DNA of 64,000 bases from an uncultured Clostridia bacterium (GTDB lineage Bacteria; Bacillota; Clostridia; Christensenellales; UBA1242), in the NCBI GenBank assembly GCA_947053595.1, contig CAMRSX010000004.1:13711-77710 (forward strand). The letters are read 5' to 3'. The notes under the pieces are model-generated. The model was not told the origin of the DNA. It saw only the letters and a program-made list of their open reading frames with translations, and made no database searches. The translations under genes were made by a program, and so were the position numbers. This document shows positions 6,964-15,931 of the stretch, in pieces (positions within the stretch are counted from its first letter, which is position 1; each line of letters opens with the position of its first letter).

Positions 6964-7497
6964 TTATTTTTCAGAAGGAAATTTGACATCCGAAAAATCA
7001 ACTGTGTAAGTGACTGCATCCTTGTCCTTTTCGTTTGAAATCACCTTAAAGTTTTTTGGGCCGTCTTGCTTTATGCGCAAAATCAAATCCAAAACATCTG
7101 CCTCGTTGGAAGTGTTTTCAACCTTCTTAACTTGTGTTCCATCTGGGTTCTCAAAATCTGCACCTTCCCTGTCAAAGCCATACACAATTTTCTCTCCAGC
7201 GGCAAAATCGATGCTCAGCACAACAAAGTTGTCTCCTTCCTTTGCCTCTCCTTTCCAAAATGCATCTGCTTGCTCTTGCGTCATGCTGTTTGCTTCGCCT
7301 TTGGCTTTGTATGTGTTGTCGCCTTTGTAATCAAGCGCAAACGAACTGGTGTTGGAATATTGAACAGCGCTCTCTCCTTCTCCAAGTGTGGCCGTTCTGT
7401 TTGCCATGATGTGAGTGTTCATTCCGCAGGCAGCCAGTGTCAGCCCGCTTGCCACAACCATTGTAAGGCAAGCAATTTTTGTCAAAAGTTTTTTCAT
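6964..7497 (-). CDS. Lipoprotein, unknown function
   Basis: Start chosen at an internal ATG preceded by AAAGGAGGAAAG. Signal peptide MKKLLTKIACLTMVVASGLTLAAC has the lipobox LAAC. The track ORF extends to 7539. Confidence 0.75.
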   Translation of the reverse strand: MKKLLTKIACLTMVVASGLTLAACGMNTHIMANRTATLGEGESAVQYSNTSSFALDYKGDNTYKAKGEANSMTQEQADAFWKGEAKEGDNFVVLSIDFAAGEKIVYGFDREGADFENPDGTQVKKVENTSNEADVLDLILRIKQDGPKNFKVISNEKDKDAVTYTVDFSDVKFPSEK

Positions 7498-7723
7498 CTT
7501 TCCTCCTTTTTTTTGCAAGTTTTTCTTGCTTTTCGACAATTTTATTGTGCCTCAGTTTTGCCTTTTCTATGCAAAGCTTTCAAAAAGCATAGCGGGCGAA
7601 AAGATATTTTTTTCATAAATCTCGTCACATTTTTTGCCCAAGGTTAATACATTGTTAATGTGTAGGGAATTTCCTGCACAAAAATAAAAGTCGTACATAA
7701 GTAAAATTTTATAGGAGGCACAA

Positions 7724-7945
7724 ATGAACTTTTTCGGAGGCTCAAATTGTGGCGATGTAAGAAATGATTGCAACTGCGGATGCGATTCCTGCTCTCTCAT
7801 CTTCTTACTTTTGCTCTTACAAAACTGTGGCTGCGGTTTCGGTTTCGGCGGAAACAAGGGCGGACAAATCTGCATTGATTGCGACACCATCCTGTTTTTG
7901 ATGATACTTTCAAACCTTGGTTGCGGATGCAATCCTTGCAAATAA
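7724..7945 (+). CDS. Tiny Cys/Gly-rich hydrophobic protein with internal duplication (possibly YjcZ-like tiny TM family)
   Basis: 73 aa. A perfect AGGAGG lies 7 nt upstream, and a terminator follows at 7998..8027. There are two similar units: CDSCSLIFLLLLLQNCGCG and CIDCDTILFLMILSNLGCGC. The family assignment is from memory only. Confidence 0.6.
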   Translation: MNFFGGSNCGDVRNDCNCGCDSCSLIFLLLLLQNCGCGFGFGGNKGGQICIDCDTILFLMILSNLGCGCNPCK

Positions 7946-7997
7946 TCTTCCAATCAAAATTTGATTGTCATAAGCAAGCGCTTCGCATTTTCACAGC

Positions 7998-8027
7998 AAA
8001 AAAAATCCCCATCTGCGGGATTTTTTT
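7998..8027. terminator. Bidirectional rho-independent terminator
   Basis: A8-TCCC / loop CATCTGC / GGGA-T7. The A-run and T-run extend the stem. Confidence 0.65.
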
Positions 8028-8164
8028 CATTTCAGCGCTTTCAAAAGCTTGCTTAAACGCCCATCACGCTTTTGCCAAGCACAAAAAACAATTTTTTTTA
8101 TTAAAACTGTTTACTTTTTGCAATTTATATTGTAAAATATAACTGAAAATAAGGAGAAATACAA

Positions 8165-8551
8165 ATGAATCTTAAGAAATACGGCGGAACTGAACTGATT
8201 TGGAAGGACAGAAAAAGATTTTTGGGAATGCCACTTTCCTTCACAAGATATCTTCTCATCAAAAAAGAAGGTGTTTGGATGAAGATGTTTGCAGATGTTG
8301 GCTTTTTCTATTCGGTGATTGATGAAGTAAATTTATATCGAATTTGCGACATCTCTTTCCGTCAATCGCTTATGGGAAAACTTCTCAACACAGGCACAAT
8401 TGAGTTGAAAAGCAACGATGCTTCAAAACCAGTCTTTTATTTGAGAAACATCAAAAATCCATTCCAAGTGAGAGAAACCATTTCAACTTTGGTTGAAGAG
8501 CAAAGAAAAATTCATGGCGTGCGCTTGGCAGAATTTCATTCTCACGAATGA
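8165..8551 (+). CDS. Bacterial PH (bPH_2/DUF304-like) domain protein
   Basis: 128 aa. RBS AAGGAGA is upstream. LLNTGTIELKSNDASKPVFYLRNIKNPFQVRETI matches the TGTI..L......L..I.NP motif of bPH_2 domains (from memory). Confidence 0.6.
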   Translation: MNLKKYGGTELIWKDRKRFLGMPLSFTRYLLIKKEGVWMKMFADVGFFYSVIDEVNLYRICDISFRQSLMGKLLNTGTIELKSNDASKPVFYLRNIKNPFQVRETISTLVEEQRKIHGVRLAEFHSHE

Positions 8552-8584
8552 TAAAAAAACTTTGCGTGAAATTTCAGGCTTTCA

Positions 8585-8620
8585 AAAACCCCAGCTGCAT
8601 TTGCTGGGGTTTTGTTTTTT
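8585..8620 (+). terminator. Rho-independent terminator
   Basis: CCCCAGC-tgcattt-GCTGGGG followed by a T-rich run. Confidence 0.8.
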
Positions 8621-8757
8621 GAGGAAAACTGCTTTTGAAGTATTTTATTAAGTATGTTCTCTGCAAGTTTTGCTTACAGATTTTTAAGTTGTATTTGCCA
8701 CAAAAATGTGCGCAAAAAATGCAAAAGAAAATTTTTCTGTAAAGTTTTCAATTTCTC

Positions 8758-8787
8758 TTGACAAAACATTTTGTTTTGTGATAAAAT
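8758..8787 (+). promoter_or_regulatory. Promoter of tRNA-Ala
   Basis: TTGACA (8758..8763), an 18-nt spacer, TAAAAT (8782..8787). The tRNA begins at 8800. Confidence 0.6.
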
Positions 8788-8799
8788 GCAAGAGCAAAT

Positions 8800-8876
8800 G
8801 GGGGTATGGCTCAGTTGGCTAGAGCACCTGCCTTGCAAGCAGGGGGTCATCGGTTCGAATCCGATTATCTCCACCA
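8800..8876 (+). tRNA. tRNA-Ala (anticodon UGC), CCA encoded
   Basis: Manual cloverleaf. Acceptor GGGGGTA/TATCTCC includes the G3:U70 alanine identity pair. D arm GCTC-AGTTGGCTA-GAGC. Anticodon arm CCTGC-CTTGCAA-GCAGG. T arm ATCGG-TTCGAAT-CCGAT. Discriminator A, then CCA. Confidence 0.95.
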
Positions 8877-8883
8877 AAAACTT

Positions 8884-8911
8884 CGGCAAGCAACTTGGCT
8901 TGCCGTTTTTT
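8884..8911 (+). terminator. Rho-independent terminator after tRNA-Ala
   Basis: CGGCAAGC-aacttg-GCTTGCCG followed by T6. Confidence 0.8.
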
Positions 8912-8991
8912 ATTGCTTACATCACCGCCTTTGTCCTGCGTTTTTTGATAAAGCTTATTAAAAACTAAACCCAAAGGCAGTTCATATCCAA

Positions 8992-9020
8992 CAAAAAAGC
9001 AGACGAATGTCTGCTTTTGT
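8992..9020 (-). terminator. Rho-independent terminator after mscL
   Basis: GCAGAC-gaat-GTCTGC, flanked by A-runs and T-runs on both strands. Confidence 0.7.
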
Positions 9021-9021
9021 T

Positions 9022-9639
9022 TTATTCGGATTTTGCTTTCTTTTTTGAAGTTGGATTTTCTTCCACAACTTCTTTTGGTGCATTCTGCTTTTTAAGTTCT
9101 TCCAAAATGCTTGCCAAAAGTTGTTCTTGTGTTGGCGCTGGTGGCATTGGAGCTGGCTTGTTCCTTTCGCGAAGTTCTGCTGTTGCAGCCAGCACAGCTT
9201 TATAATCCTTCATGTTGACGCCTTCTGCCTTCAAAAGTTTTCTTTCGGCTTTGGTTGGACGAGCCTTCATGTTTTTTGTCCAAACGCCTTGTGCGCTCAT
9301 CATAACCTTCAAGATGATGAAAAGCACCAGTGCAATCAGCAAAAAGTCAATTATTGCGGTGATGAATGCGCCCCAATCAATGTAAATTGTTGCCGACCAA
9401 TCAATTGCGCCCGCGTCGGTGAACACAGGTTTGCCCAAGATTGTGCGTGCTGATTCCAGCCCATTTCCTCCTGCCAGTGAAAGCAGCAAGTTGATGAGTG
9501 GCATGATGATTTTGTTTGTGAGTGCTGTCACAATGGCGCTGAACGCACCGCCAATGATTACGCCCACAGCCATGTCGATGACATTTCCTCTGGAAATGAA
9601 CTTTTTAAAATCGCTGAAAAACTTTTTCACTCGTTTCAT
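9022..9639 (-). CDS. mscL: Large-conductance mechanosensitive channel MscL with extended C-terminal tail
   Basis: [39 protein letters not shown] is the MscL N-terminal/TM1 signature. At 205 aa it is longer than typical, with a Pro/Lys/Glu-rich tail. Confidence 0.9.
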   Translation of the reverse strand: MKRVKKFFSDFKKFISRGNVIDMAVGVIIGGAFSAIVTALTNKIIMPLINLLLSLAGGNGLESARTILGKPVFTDAGAIDWSATIYIDWGAFITAIIDFLLIALVLFIILKVMMSAQGVWTKNMKARPTKAERKLLKAEGVNMKDYKAVLAATAELRERNKPAPMPPAPTQEQLLASILEELKKQNAPKEVVEENPTSKKKAKSE

Positions 9640-9721
9640 TTTTTCTCCTTTTTGTGTTTATTCTCTGCTGATATGATAAAACAAATTTTTTCAAAAATCA
9701 AGCGATTGACGCGTTGCAAAA

Positions 9722-9760
9722 TTTTTTTTAGAAAAAAGCCCAGTTTTGGGCTTTTGTTTT
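9722..9760. terminator. Bidirectional rho-independent terminator
   Basis: AAAAGCCC-agtttt-GGGCTTTT, with T-runs on both strands. It lies downstream of the MGMT-family gene. Confidence 0.7.
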
Positions 9761-9779
9761 GGTTTACAAAAAGTTTGAT

Positions 9780-10097
9780 TTAAGGTTCAACATTCCATTG
9801 AAACCTTTTGAGGTTGATTGAGCCGTCACTTTCAAACACCACGCCTTCACCTTCCAAAAGTTGTCTTTGTGCCTGCGCCCCGCCAAAGGCAAAGCCACTG
9901 CACACTTGTCCAAATCTGTTCACCACCCTGTGGCAAGGAATTTTTTGCGCGCATGGGTTGACATGCAGCGCATAGCCCACAATTTGGCTCCACTTTGGCG
10001 CACCCAACATTTTGGCAATTTGTCCATAGGTGGCAACCTTCCCTTTTGGAATGGAGGCAACAAGGTTGTAAACTCTTTCAAAAAATTTTTCACTCAT
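9780..10097 (-). CDS. MGMT-family protein (methylated-DNA-protein-cysteine methyltransferase DNA-binding/active-site domain only)
   Basis: 105 aa. The active-site motif IPCHRVV is present, with VATYGQIA upstream. It overlaps the upstream lipoprotein gene by 8 nt. Confidence 0.8.
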   Translation of the reverse strand: MSEKFFERVYNLVASIPKGKVATYGQIAKMLGAPKWSQIVGYALHVNPCAQKIPCHRVVNRFGQVCSGFAFGGAQAQRQLLEGEGVVFESDGSINLKRFQWNVEP

Positions 10098-11964
10098 GAA
10101 TGCTTACCAACTTAAATTCTTTCACTTCGTTCAGCCAGTTGATGTCCGAAACAACAAAGGCAAACACACACTCTTTATCTTCGCCCACAACTGTTTCTTT
10201 CACAAACTGAAGCTCTCTAAACACAACCGCATCTTCAATGGTGAACTTGCTTGTGTCCAAAGAATCAGTTGCCGAGACAAACAGTTTAAACAGCACCAGC
10301 TGCCCTGCAAACACACTTTCTTCAGATGCTTCTGTCAGCACGCGCCACTGCGAAGGGTCAATTTCTTCATAGTTGTTTGCAATTGCAAACTCCACTGCCT
10401 TTGTGAGGTTTATGCCCTCAAGCGAATGGCTTACAACAACCTTCTTCACTGCTGCCACAAAGCCTTCAACAGTTAAATTGGAATCTTCTTGGCAGGCAAA
10501 CTCCAACTGAAAGGTGTCAAAGCAGTTTGTCTTCTCATCAAAAATTGCCCTGAGCGTATATCCATTGTCTGTGAAAACAACATCTTGCAAGTTTTCAAAA
10601 TTGTTGGTGGCAGCAGAAAGCATTTCCTTCAAGTTTATGGCTTTTTCTTTGTTGATTAAGATGTCATATTCATAGATGTCATAAGGGAAGTTATAGCCCT
10701 GCGCATTCTCCACAATTTGCCAAGAAAGCGCAACTTTTTGGTCTCTCAAAGCCAGCTGTGTGCCCTCTTCGTCAAAACCAAAGTTTCCCATTTTGTTGCC
10801 GTGTTCGTCCACAATAAACAGAGAGTGTTGCAAGAAGCCTGTTATCACCAAATCTTGTCCAATGGTGAAGGCGGTGATTTTTTGCACTGGGCGCTGATAT
10901 GTAATGCCCAAAACTTTAACATCCAAAACATTTCCTTGTGCTGGGCGGGTGTGTTTGCCAATTTTGTAAACAACATTTTGCTCTGTTTCATCCACTTTTT
11001 CCAGCTCCACGCCGTCAAGCAGCACCCTTGCAGAGGAATAGTTTGCCAAAGATGCGTCCAAATCTTTTGCCAGCATAAGTGTGCCTTCTTGTTCATAAGA
11101 AATTTCCTGACTGCTTGTGGAAACGGAATATGTAAGATTTTCTTCTGGAAAACTGAAGGTGTATGGCAGATATTCCAAAACTTTAAAGTTGAGCGAAAGG
11201 GTGTAGTTTTGTTCTCTGCCAACTTTTCCAAAGGAAATTTCATAAATCTCTTCATTCAAAACCCAGTCGTAAAGAATTTTCACTTGCTGGTCTGGCATAA
11301 CAAGTGACAGCACGGCACCATTGTATGGATTGAAAATGTTGTTTGCATCAAACTTCACCTTCAGCTTGCTGATGGTGTTTTCTGTGTCAGAAAGATTGGC
11401 AAAATCCGCCACAAGCGTTGGATTTGGGCTTTGCATCAGTTGATGAAGGTTGACATAATTTTCGCCGTCAAAGCTTACACTTGTGATTTGCAATTTTTCT
11501 TGCACGCTTTCATCTTGCAAGTCTGCTTCATTTTCTGTTTTGAAAGTGATGGAAGATTGCAACTTTTTCATGCCCGAAACGGAGATGTTGGTGTCCTTCA
11601 AAATTGGAGCCACAAGAAAATATCCTGCAAGTTTCACATCTTCGGCGTTCAGCGCCTGATAATCGTCACCGCCCTTAAGCTGCATGGCAGCGCCGTCCAC
11701 CAAAACTTGGGCTGAAGAAAAGTCCACGCCAAACACAGTGGAATAAACCTCAAAGCGCACCTTGGAGTTTTTTGCCACCTTTGTTGTGCCGTCTTCCTCT
11801 TTTGCAACCTCTTGATTGTCCACCAAAATTTTGACGCTGGCAAGAGAAGCATCCACATCCACTGCAATTTTGAAAGTTTCGCTGTGTCCGCAGCACGCAG
11901 ACAAAACAGTGCCGCAAAGCAGCATGCAAAAGCAAAGAGTGAAAACACCAAAAAACTTTTTCAT
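10090..11964 (-). CDS. Large lipoprotein, unknown function
   Basis: Start chosen at ATG 11964 after GTTGGAGG. Signal peptide MKKFFGVFTLCFCMLLCGTVLSAC has the lipobox LSAC. The protein is beta-rich and has no recognisable motifs. The track ORF extends to 12045. Confidence 0.75.
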   Translation of the reverse strand: MKKFFGVFTLCFCMLLCGTVLSACCGHSETFKIAVDVDASLASVKILVDNQEVAKEEDGTTKVAKNSKVRFEVYSTVFGVDFSSAQVLVDGAAMQLKGGDDYQALNAEDVKLAGYFLVAPILKDTNISVSGMKKLQSSITFKTENEADLQDESVQEKLQITSVSFDGENYVNLHQLMQSPNPTLVADFANLSDTENTISKLKVKFDANNIFNPYNGAVLSLVMPDQQVKILYDWVLNEEIYEISFGKVGREQNYTLSLNFKVLEYLPYTFSFPEENLTYSVSTSSQEISYEQEGTLMLAKDLDASLANYSSARVLLDGVELEKVDETEQNVVYKIGKHTRPAQGNVLDVKVLGITYQRPVQKITAFTIGQDLVITGFLQHSLFIVDEHGNKMGNFGFDEEGTQLALRDQKVALSWQIVENAQGYNFPYDIYEYDILINKEKAINLKEMLSAATNNFENLQDVVFTDNGYTLRAIFDEKTNCFDTFQLEFACQEDSNLTVEGFVAAVKKVVVSHSLEGINLTKAVEFAIANNYEEIDPSQWRVLTEASEESVFAGQLVLFKLFVSATDSLDTSKFTIEDAVVFRELQFVKETVVGEDKECVFAFVVSDINWLNEVKEFKLVSIHE

Positions 11965-12192
11965 AAAGCCTCCAACTTTCGTTTTTGTTATTTTAACACA
12001 AAAAAAACAAATTACAAAGCTATGCGCGAAATTTGTAAAAAACAAACAAAAAAAGTGGAAATTTTTCTAACTTTTTTCACTTTTTCTTGCTTTGAATTAT
12101 TGCGTTCCACACTGAAGCCGTTTTTGGTTTTCAACTTTCTTGAATGCATTGTAACATCACAAGGGGCATTGCCCCTCCTTCAAAGCAAAAGC

Positions 12193-12534
12193 TTAAAGAA
12201 TTTTTATGTCAAACAAATTTTCCAACAAAATTGTCAGCCTTCCCACACAAAGCCGCCCCTCTTCCAAAATCAGCTTTGCTTTTCCGCTGGCAGGAAGATA
12301 GTGTCCATTTTCAAAATATACAACATCCACCACGCTTCCCTTTTCAAGCGCAAGCAACGTTTTTGAAATTTTGTTTGCCTTCTCTTCGCTTATCTCCCCT
12401 TTTGAAACGCGCTCGTGCAGATATTCCTTCATTCGAAGTGCTTCTTGCAGGCCTTTAAGCGCATCAAAAGGCGCAAATTGCTTTGCCCGCTGCGCCCTAG
12501 GCATCTTCATTCTTTCCACTATTGTGCCCTCCAA
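12193..12534 (-). CDS. YolD-like protein (accessory partner of Y-family polymerase)
   Basis: RAKQFAPFDALKGLQEALRMKE matches the YolD-like motif. It lies immediately downstream of and overlaps the polymerase gene, as in the yqjX-yqjW and yolD-uvrX pairs. The start is ambiguous: TTG 12534, GTG 12519 or ATG 12510. Confidence 0.7.
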   Translation of the reverse strand: MEGTIVERMKMPRAQRAKQFAPFDALKGLQEALRMKEYLHERVSKGEISEEKANKISKTLLALEKGSVVDVVYFENGHYLPASGKAKLILEEGRLCVGRLTILLENLFDIKIL

Positions 12535-13786
12535 TCATGTTGTTCCTCTCTTTCTGCGTGGCATTTTTGTGCAAGTCGATGCCCTTCAGCACAGCGTTTT
12601 TGCCATATTTATCCTGAAGCTGCAAGATGCTGGAAATCAGCCGCTTCTCTTTTTCCACTATTTTTGTGTCTGTGAAAAGGTCATAACTCTCCCCTTCCAG
12701 CGGCAGAAGCTCGCAAAAAGAAAAACTTAGTTTTCTGATTGGTCTCCCTTTGTCCACAATTTGGTCAAAAAGCTTGTTGGTGTATTGCACAATCATGCAA
12801 AAAAGGTTTGTTGTGACATGCATGCGCACCGTGCCCTTTGCACCCTGATGCCTTTCATCGCCATAGCCCACATAAAGATGAACAAGCTGCGTGACGTACC
12901 CTCTTCGTATAAGGTCATAGCAGCCGTTTTCCAGCATCTCTTGCATCACCAGCTTGGCATCCTTAAAGGAATAATTCTTTGGCAAGATTTGCGAGCCAGA
13001 GATGGATTTGGATTTGCCTTTATAATTTTTTATGTCGCTCATAAGGCAGCTCTCTTTGCCCCAAGCGTGGTCAATCAAAAGTTCGGCGTTGATGCCAAAC
13101 TCTTTGTAAAGCAAGTTTTCGTCCACACGTGTTATGCCTTCCATGTCATAAATTGCATATTTTTCCAGCCTTTGCGCTGTGCCGTGGGAAATTTGCCAAA
13201 AATCGGTGATTGGCCTGTGATTCCAAAGCGTTTTTAAAAAACTTTCTTCATCAAGGCAGCCAATGCGGCTTGGGCTTTTTTTGGCGGTTATGTCCAAGGC
13301 AATCTTGGCAAGATATAAATTGCTGCCAATTCCCACCGTGGAAGGGATGTGCAGTTTTTGGTCAATCTCTTCCATAAGCTTTTTTGCAAAGCTGTGTGCG
13401 TCGGTTTTGTAAAGTTTAAGATAGGTTGTCACATCAATGAAGCTTTCGTCAATGGAATATACATGAATGTCGCTTTTGTCAATATATTGCAAATATATGC
13501 CATAAATTTCGGCGGCATAGTCAATATATTTTTGCATCCTTGGCTTGGCAATGATGAAGTTCAAGTTTTGCGGAACTTCAAACAGCCGACAGCGATTTTT
13601 CACGCCCAGCGCGCGCAGTGCTGGCGAAACGGCAAGACAAACCGTGCTTTCGCTTCGCTTTTCGTCTGCCACCACCAATCTTGTCTTAAGGGCGTCCAAG
13701 CCGCGCTCTGCACATTCCACAGAAGCAAAAAAAGATTTCATGTCAATCACAAAATAGGTGCGCTGTTTTTCCAACCCTGCCTCCAT
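12497..13786 (-). CDS. Y-family (translesion) DNA polymerase
   Basis: FVIDMKSFFASVE and YSIDESFIDVT are the catalytic Asp/Glu motifs. GIGSNLYLAKIALD is the helix-hairpin-helix region. An alternative TTG start at 13774 follows GGAGG. Confidence 0.88.
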   Translation of the reverse strand: MEAGLEKQRTYFVIDMKSFFASVECAERGLDALKTRLVVADEKRSESTVCLAVSPALRALGVKNRCRLFEVPQNLNFIIAKPRMQKYIDYAAEIYGIYLQYIDKSDIHVYSIDESFIDVTTYLKLYKTDAHSFAKKLMEEIDQKLHIPSTVGIGSNLYLAKIALDITAKKSPSRIGCLDEESFLKTLWNHRPITDFWQISHGTAQRLEKYAIYDMEGITRVDENLLYKEFGINAELLIDHAWGKESCLMSDIKNYKGKSKSISGSQILPKNYSFKDAKLVMQEMLENGCYDLIRRGYVTQLVHLYVGYGDERHQGAKGTVRMHVTTNLFCMIVQYTNKLFDQIVDKGRPIRKLSFSFCELLPLEGESYDLFTDTKIVEKEKRLISSILQLQDKYGKNAVLKGIDLHKNATQKERNNMIGGHNSGKNEDA

Positions 13787-13809
13787 ATTAAGTATTATGT
13801 TCAGGGTTT

Positions 13810-13855
13810 AAAAAAAATAATCCACATCAAGTTGATGTGGATTTTGTGTTTTTTG
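13810..13855. terminator. Strong bidirectional terminator hairpin
   Basis: AATCCACATCAA-g-TTGATGTGGATT (13819..13843), flanked by A8 and a T-rich run. Confidence 0.8.
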
Positions 13856-14017
13856 GTGCAGCGCGTCATTCAGACAAAAACGCTAACAGGGTGGAGGAAT
13901 CTCTTGGATGGCAAAAATGAGAGCGATGTGACCATTTTTATTTATTCTTCAATGTTGACCATTATTATTAAATATTCATTATTCATTGATGCAATATCAA
14001 TGTGTCAGCAACCTTGC

Positions 14018-15925
14018 TTATCTTCCGTGGCAGCCGCCACCGCCGCCTCCGCCTCCAGATGACCCTCCGCCACCGCCGCCTCCGCCGCTGTGGCCACCTC
14101 CTCCAGACGAAACTCCTCCTCCCATGCGTGACATGCTGTGACAGATGTGCGCACACACAATATGTGTGGACGCACCATTGCAATATTCTGGAGGCACCAC
14201 ATGCAGTGCAGCAAACTTGCTTTCCATCTTTTTGGTGATGCCAAACACATAGCAATATGGAAGAATGTTGTAATAATATTCTGGGTTGTCCTCCAAAAGC
14301 GCGTTCAATTTGTCCAGCTCGGCCTTAACCAAAAACTGCTTAAAGCCCAAAATGCGTCCACGCACCTTTTGCTCCTCTTCTGTGAAAGCGCGAATGAATT
14401 TTGCTGCATAACTGCCCACAAGAAAAATTGCAAGCACAAACCAAATAAGATGCAAAATGTCATAAACCGAATTAAACATTGCGACAACGGCTGCAAGCGG
14501 CATCCCTCCAAACCCACTGCACCAAATGATTTTAAAAAGCCACGGCATAGGCACATAGGTGAACACCAAAATGGCAATGATTGGAAAAATGATGATGAAA
14601 ATCAAGCCAATTGCAGAGCCTCCCAGTGCAAACTGTGCCCAAATGAGGAAAAACAGAAAAGGAACTGTTGCAAGCACATGAATCAGCATTCTCAAAAGCA
14701 AAACTTTCTTCTTTTTTGTGGGATCTTTTTCATACAGCGCTTTCACGCAATGTGACAGCCTTTTGTTCACTTTGTGCTTTTCTGTCTTGGTGTCATAAAC
14801 CTTTTTCTTGCCTGAAAACAGCGCGTTGAAATAATCCTTTTCTTGCTTTTGCTGAAGCGCAATTTCTTTTTTCCACACAATTTCAAATTCTTTCAGCTTG
14901 GTTAGCACCATGTGCTTTTTTCCTTTCAGCCTTATGGAAACCAAACCTCTTGCATGCCAGTCAATCACCAGCGCCGCAAAATCTTTGGGCTTGATTTGCC
15001 CACGATATGCCCGCGCAACACTAAGTGGAGAATATCCCTCTGGTGGATAGAACTCCGGCGTAATCACCACCTTTTTGCCTTTGCGAGAAAAATATATGAT
15101 TGCCGTGATGGCAAGAGCGCACACAACAGAAATCACAAGCAAAACATAATAAAACGCAATGGGTTTATATTTTGCATCAAAATAGCCTTCTGGCAAAATC
15201 AGCTGCATTGTCAAACCCTCTCCCGCGTGAAGGTGAGAGCGCGACACAGAAATGGAAAGACTGCTTTCATCAAAATCCAAATTTGCTTCTTCATAAGAAA
15301 GCGGCGCCATCTCGTTTGTGCGAAAACTCAGCGCATTTTGCAAAGCACCTTCATCCACAAACGCCTTTGGCAATGTAATTTTTGCTGAAAAACTGTCCAC
15401 TGGACTGCCAAAATCATAGTCCATCAAATCAAAAGTGAAGTCGTCAAAAGCATTGATGAAATCGTCGCCCATGTCATACAAATAGTTGAACTTATATGTG
15501 TGCTGCCCAACTTTGTAATCAAAATCTGCGCCCGTGTTGATGTAATAATAGTCAGAACTTGTTTCCAAAAAGTTATATTCTGGCTTGTCATCCATTGTCA
15601 CCGACAGCAGCTTAAGTTTGTTTTTGGTGGTTTTGACATATTTTTTGCCGTTGACAATTCGTGTGATTTTGTTGGTGCGCGAGATGTTTCGCACCAAGCC
15701 CACATTGATGCCTGCTTGCGTGTATGTCACCGTGATGATTTCGGTGATGTTGCAAACCTTTTGCTCGTCAATTTCAATGATTTTTTCCACGCTGTCATAC
15801 ACAATGTTTGTGTCTTTGTCGTTGGCAAAAGCCTTGCCTGTGCCAAAAGAAAAGCCAACAAAACAAACTGCCAGCAGCGCCATCACAATCACGCTTATAA
15901 ACAAACTTGTTTTAAGTTTTTGCAT
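14018..15925 (-). CDS. DUF2207-family membrane protein
   Basis: 635 aa. Architecture: N-terminal signal/TM, extracytoplasmic domain, central TM helices, and a C-terminal Gly-rich tail GGGVSSGGGGHSGGGGGGGGSSGGGGGGGGCHGR, typical of DUF2207. Confidence 0.75.
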   Translation of the reverse strand: MQKLKTSLFISVIVMALLAVCFVGFSFGTGKAFANDKDTNIVYDSVEKIIEIDEQKVCNITEIITVTYTQAGINVGLVRNISRTNKITRIVNGKKYVKTTKNKLKLLSVTMDDKPEYNFLETSSDYYYINTGADFDYKVGQHTYKFNYLYDMGDDFINAFDDFTFDLMDYDFGSPVDSFSAKITLPKAFVDEGALQNALSFRTNEMAPLSYEEANLDFDESSLSISVSRSHLHAGEGLTMQLILPEGYFDAKYKPIAFYYVLLVISVVCALAITAIIYFSRKGKKVVITPEFYPPEGYSPLSVARAYRGQIKPKDFAALVIDWHARGLVSIRLKGKKHMVLTKLKEFEIVWKKEIALQQKQEKDYFNALFSGKKKVYDTKTEKHKVNKRLSHCVKALYEKDPTKKKKVLLLRMLIHVLATVPFLFFLIWAQFALGGSAIGLIFIIIFPIIAILVFTYVPMPWLFKIIWCSGFGGMPLAAVVAMFNSVYDILHLIWFVLAIFLVGSYAAKFIRAFTEEEQKVRGRILGFKQFLVKAELDKLNALLEDNPEYYYNILPYCYVFGITKKMESKFAALHVVPPEYCNGASTHIVCAHICHSMSRMGGGVSSGGGGHSGGGGGGGGSSGGGGGGGGCHGR

Positions 15926-15931
15926 AAATCC

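Noticed and set aside
7567-7953. 128-aa minus-strand ORF overlapping the Cys-rich small gene.
   Set aside because: It has no RBS and a Pro/Gln-rich low-complexity sequence. The plus-strand 73-aa ORF has a perfect AGGAGG and a terminator.
13787-13830. Looked for a LexA (Cheo-type CGAAC-N4-GTTCG) SOS box upstream of the Y-family polymerase/YolD pair.
   Set aside because: Only a GAAC half-site (ctGAACataaTACTt) is present and the right half does not match, so there is no support for an SOS operator by eye.
14030-14110. GC-rich GCC/ACC repetitive DNA, considered as a possible microsatellite or contingency locus.
   Set aside because: It simply encodes the poly-Gly tail characteristic of DUF2207 proteins. 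The repeat is imperfect and in frame.
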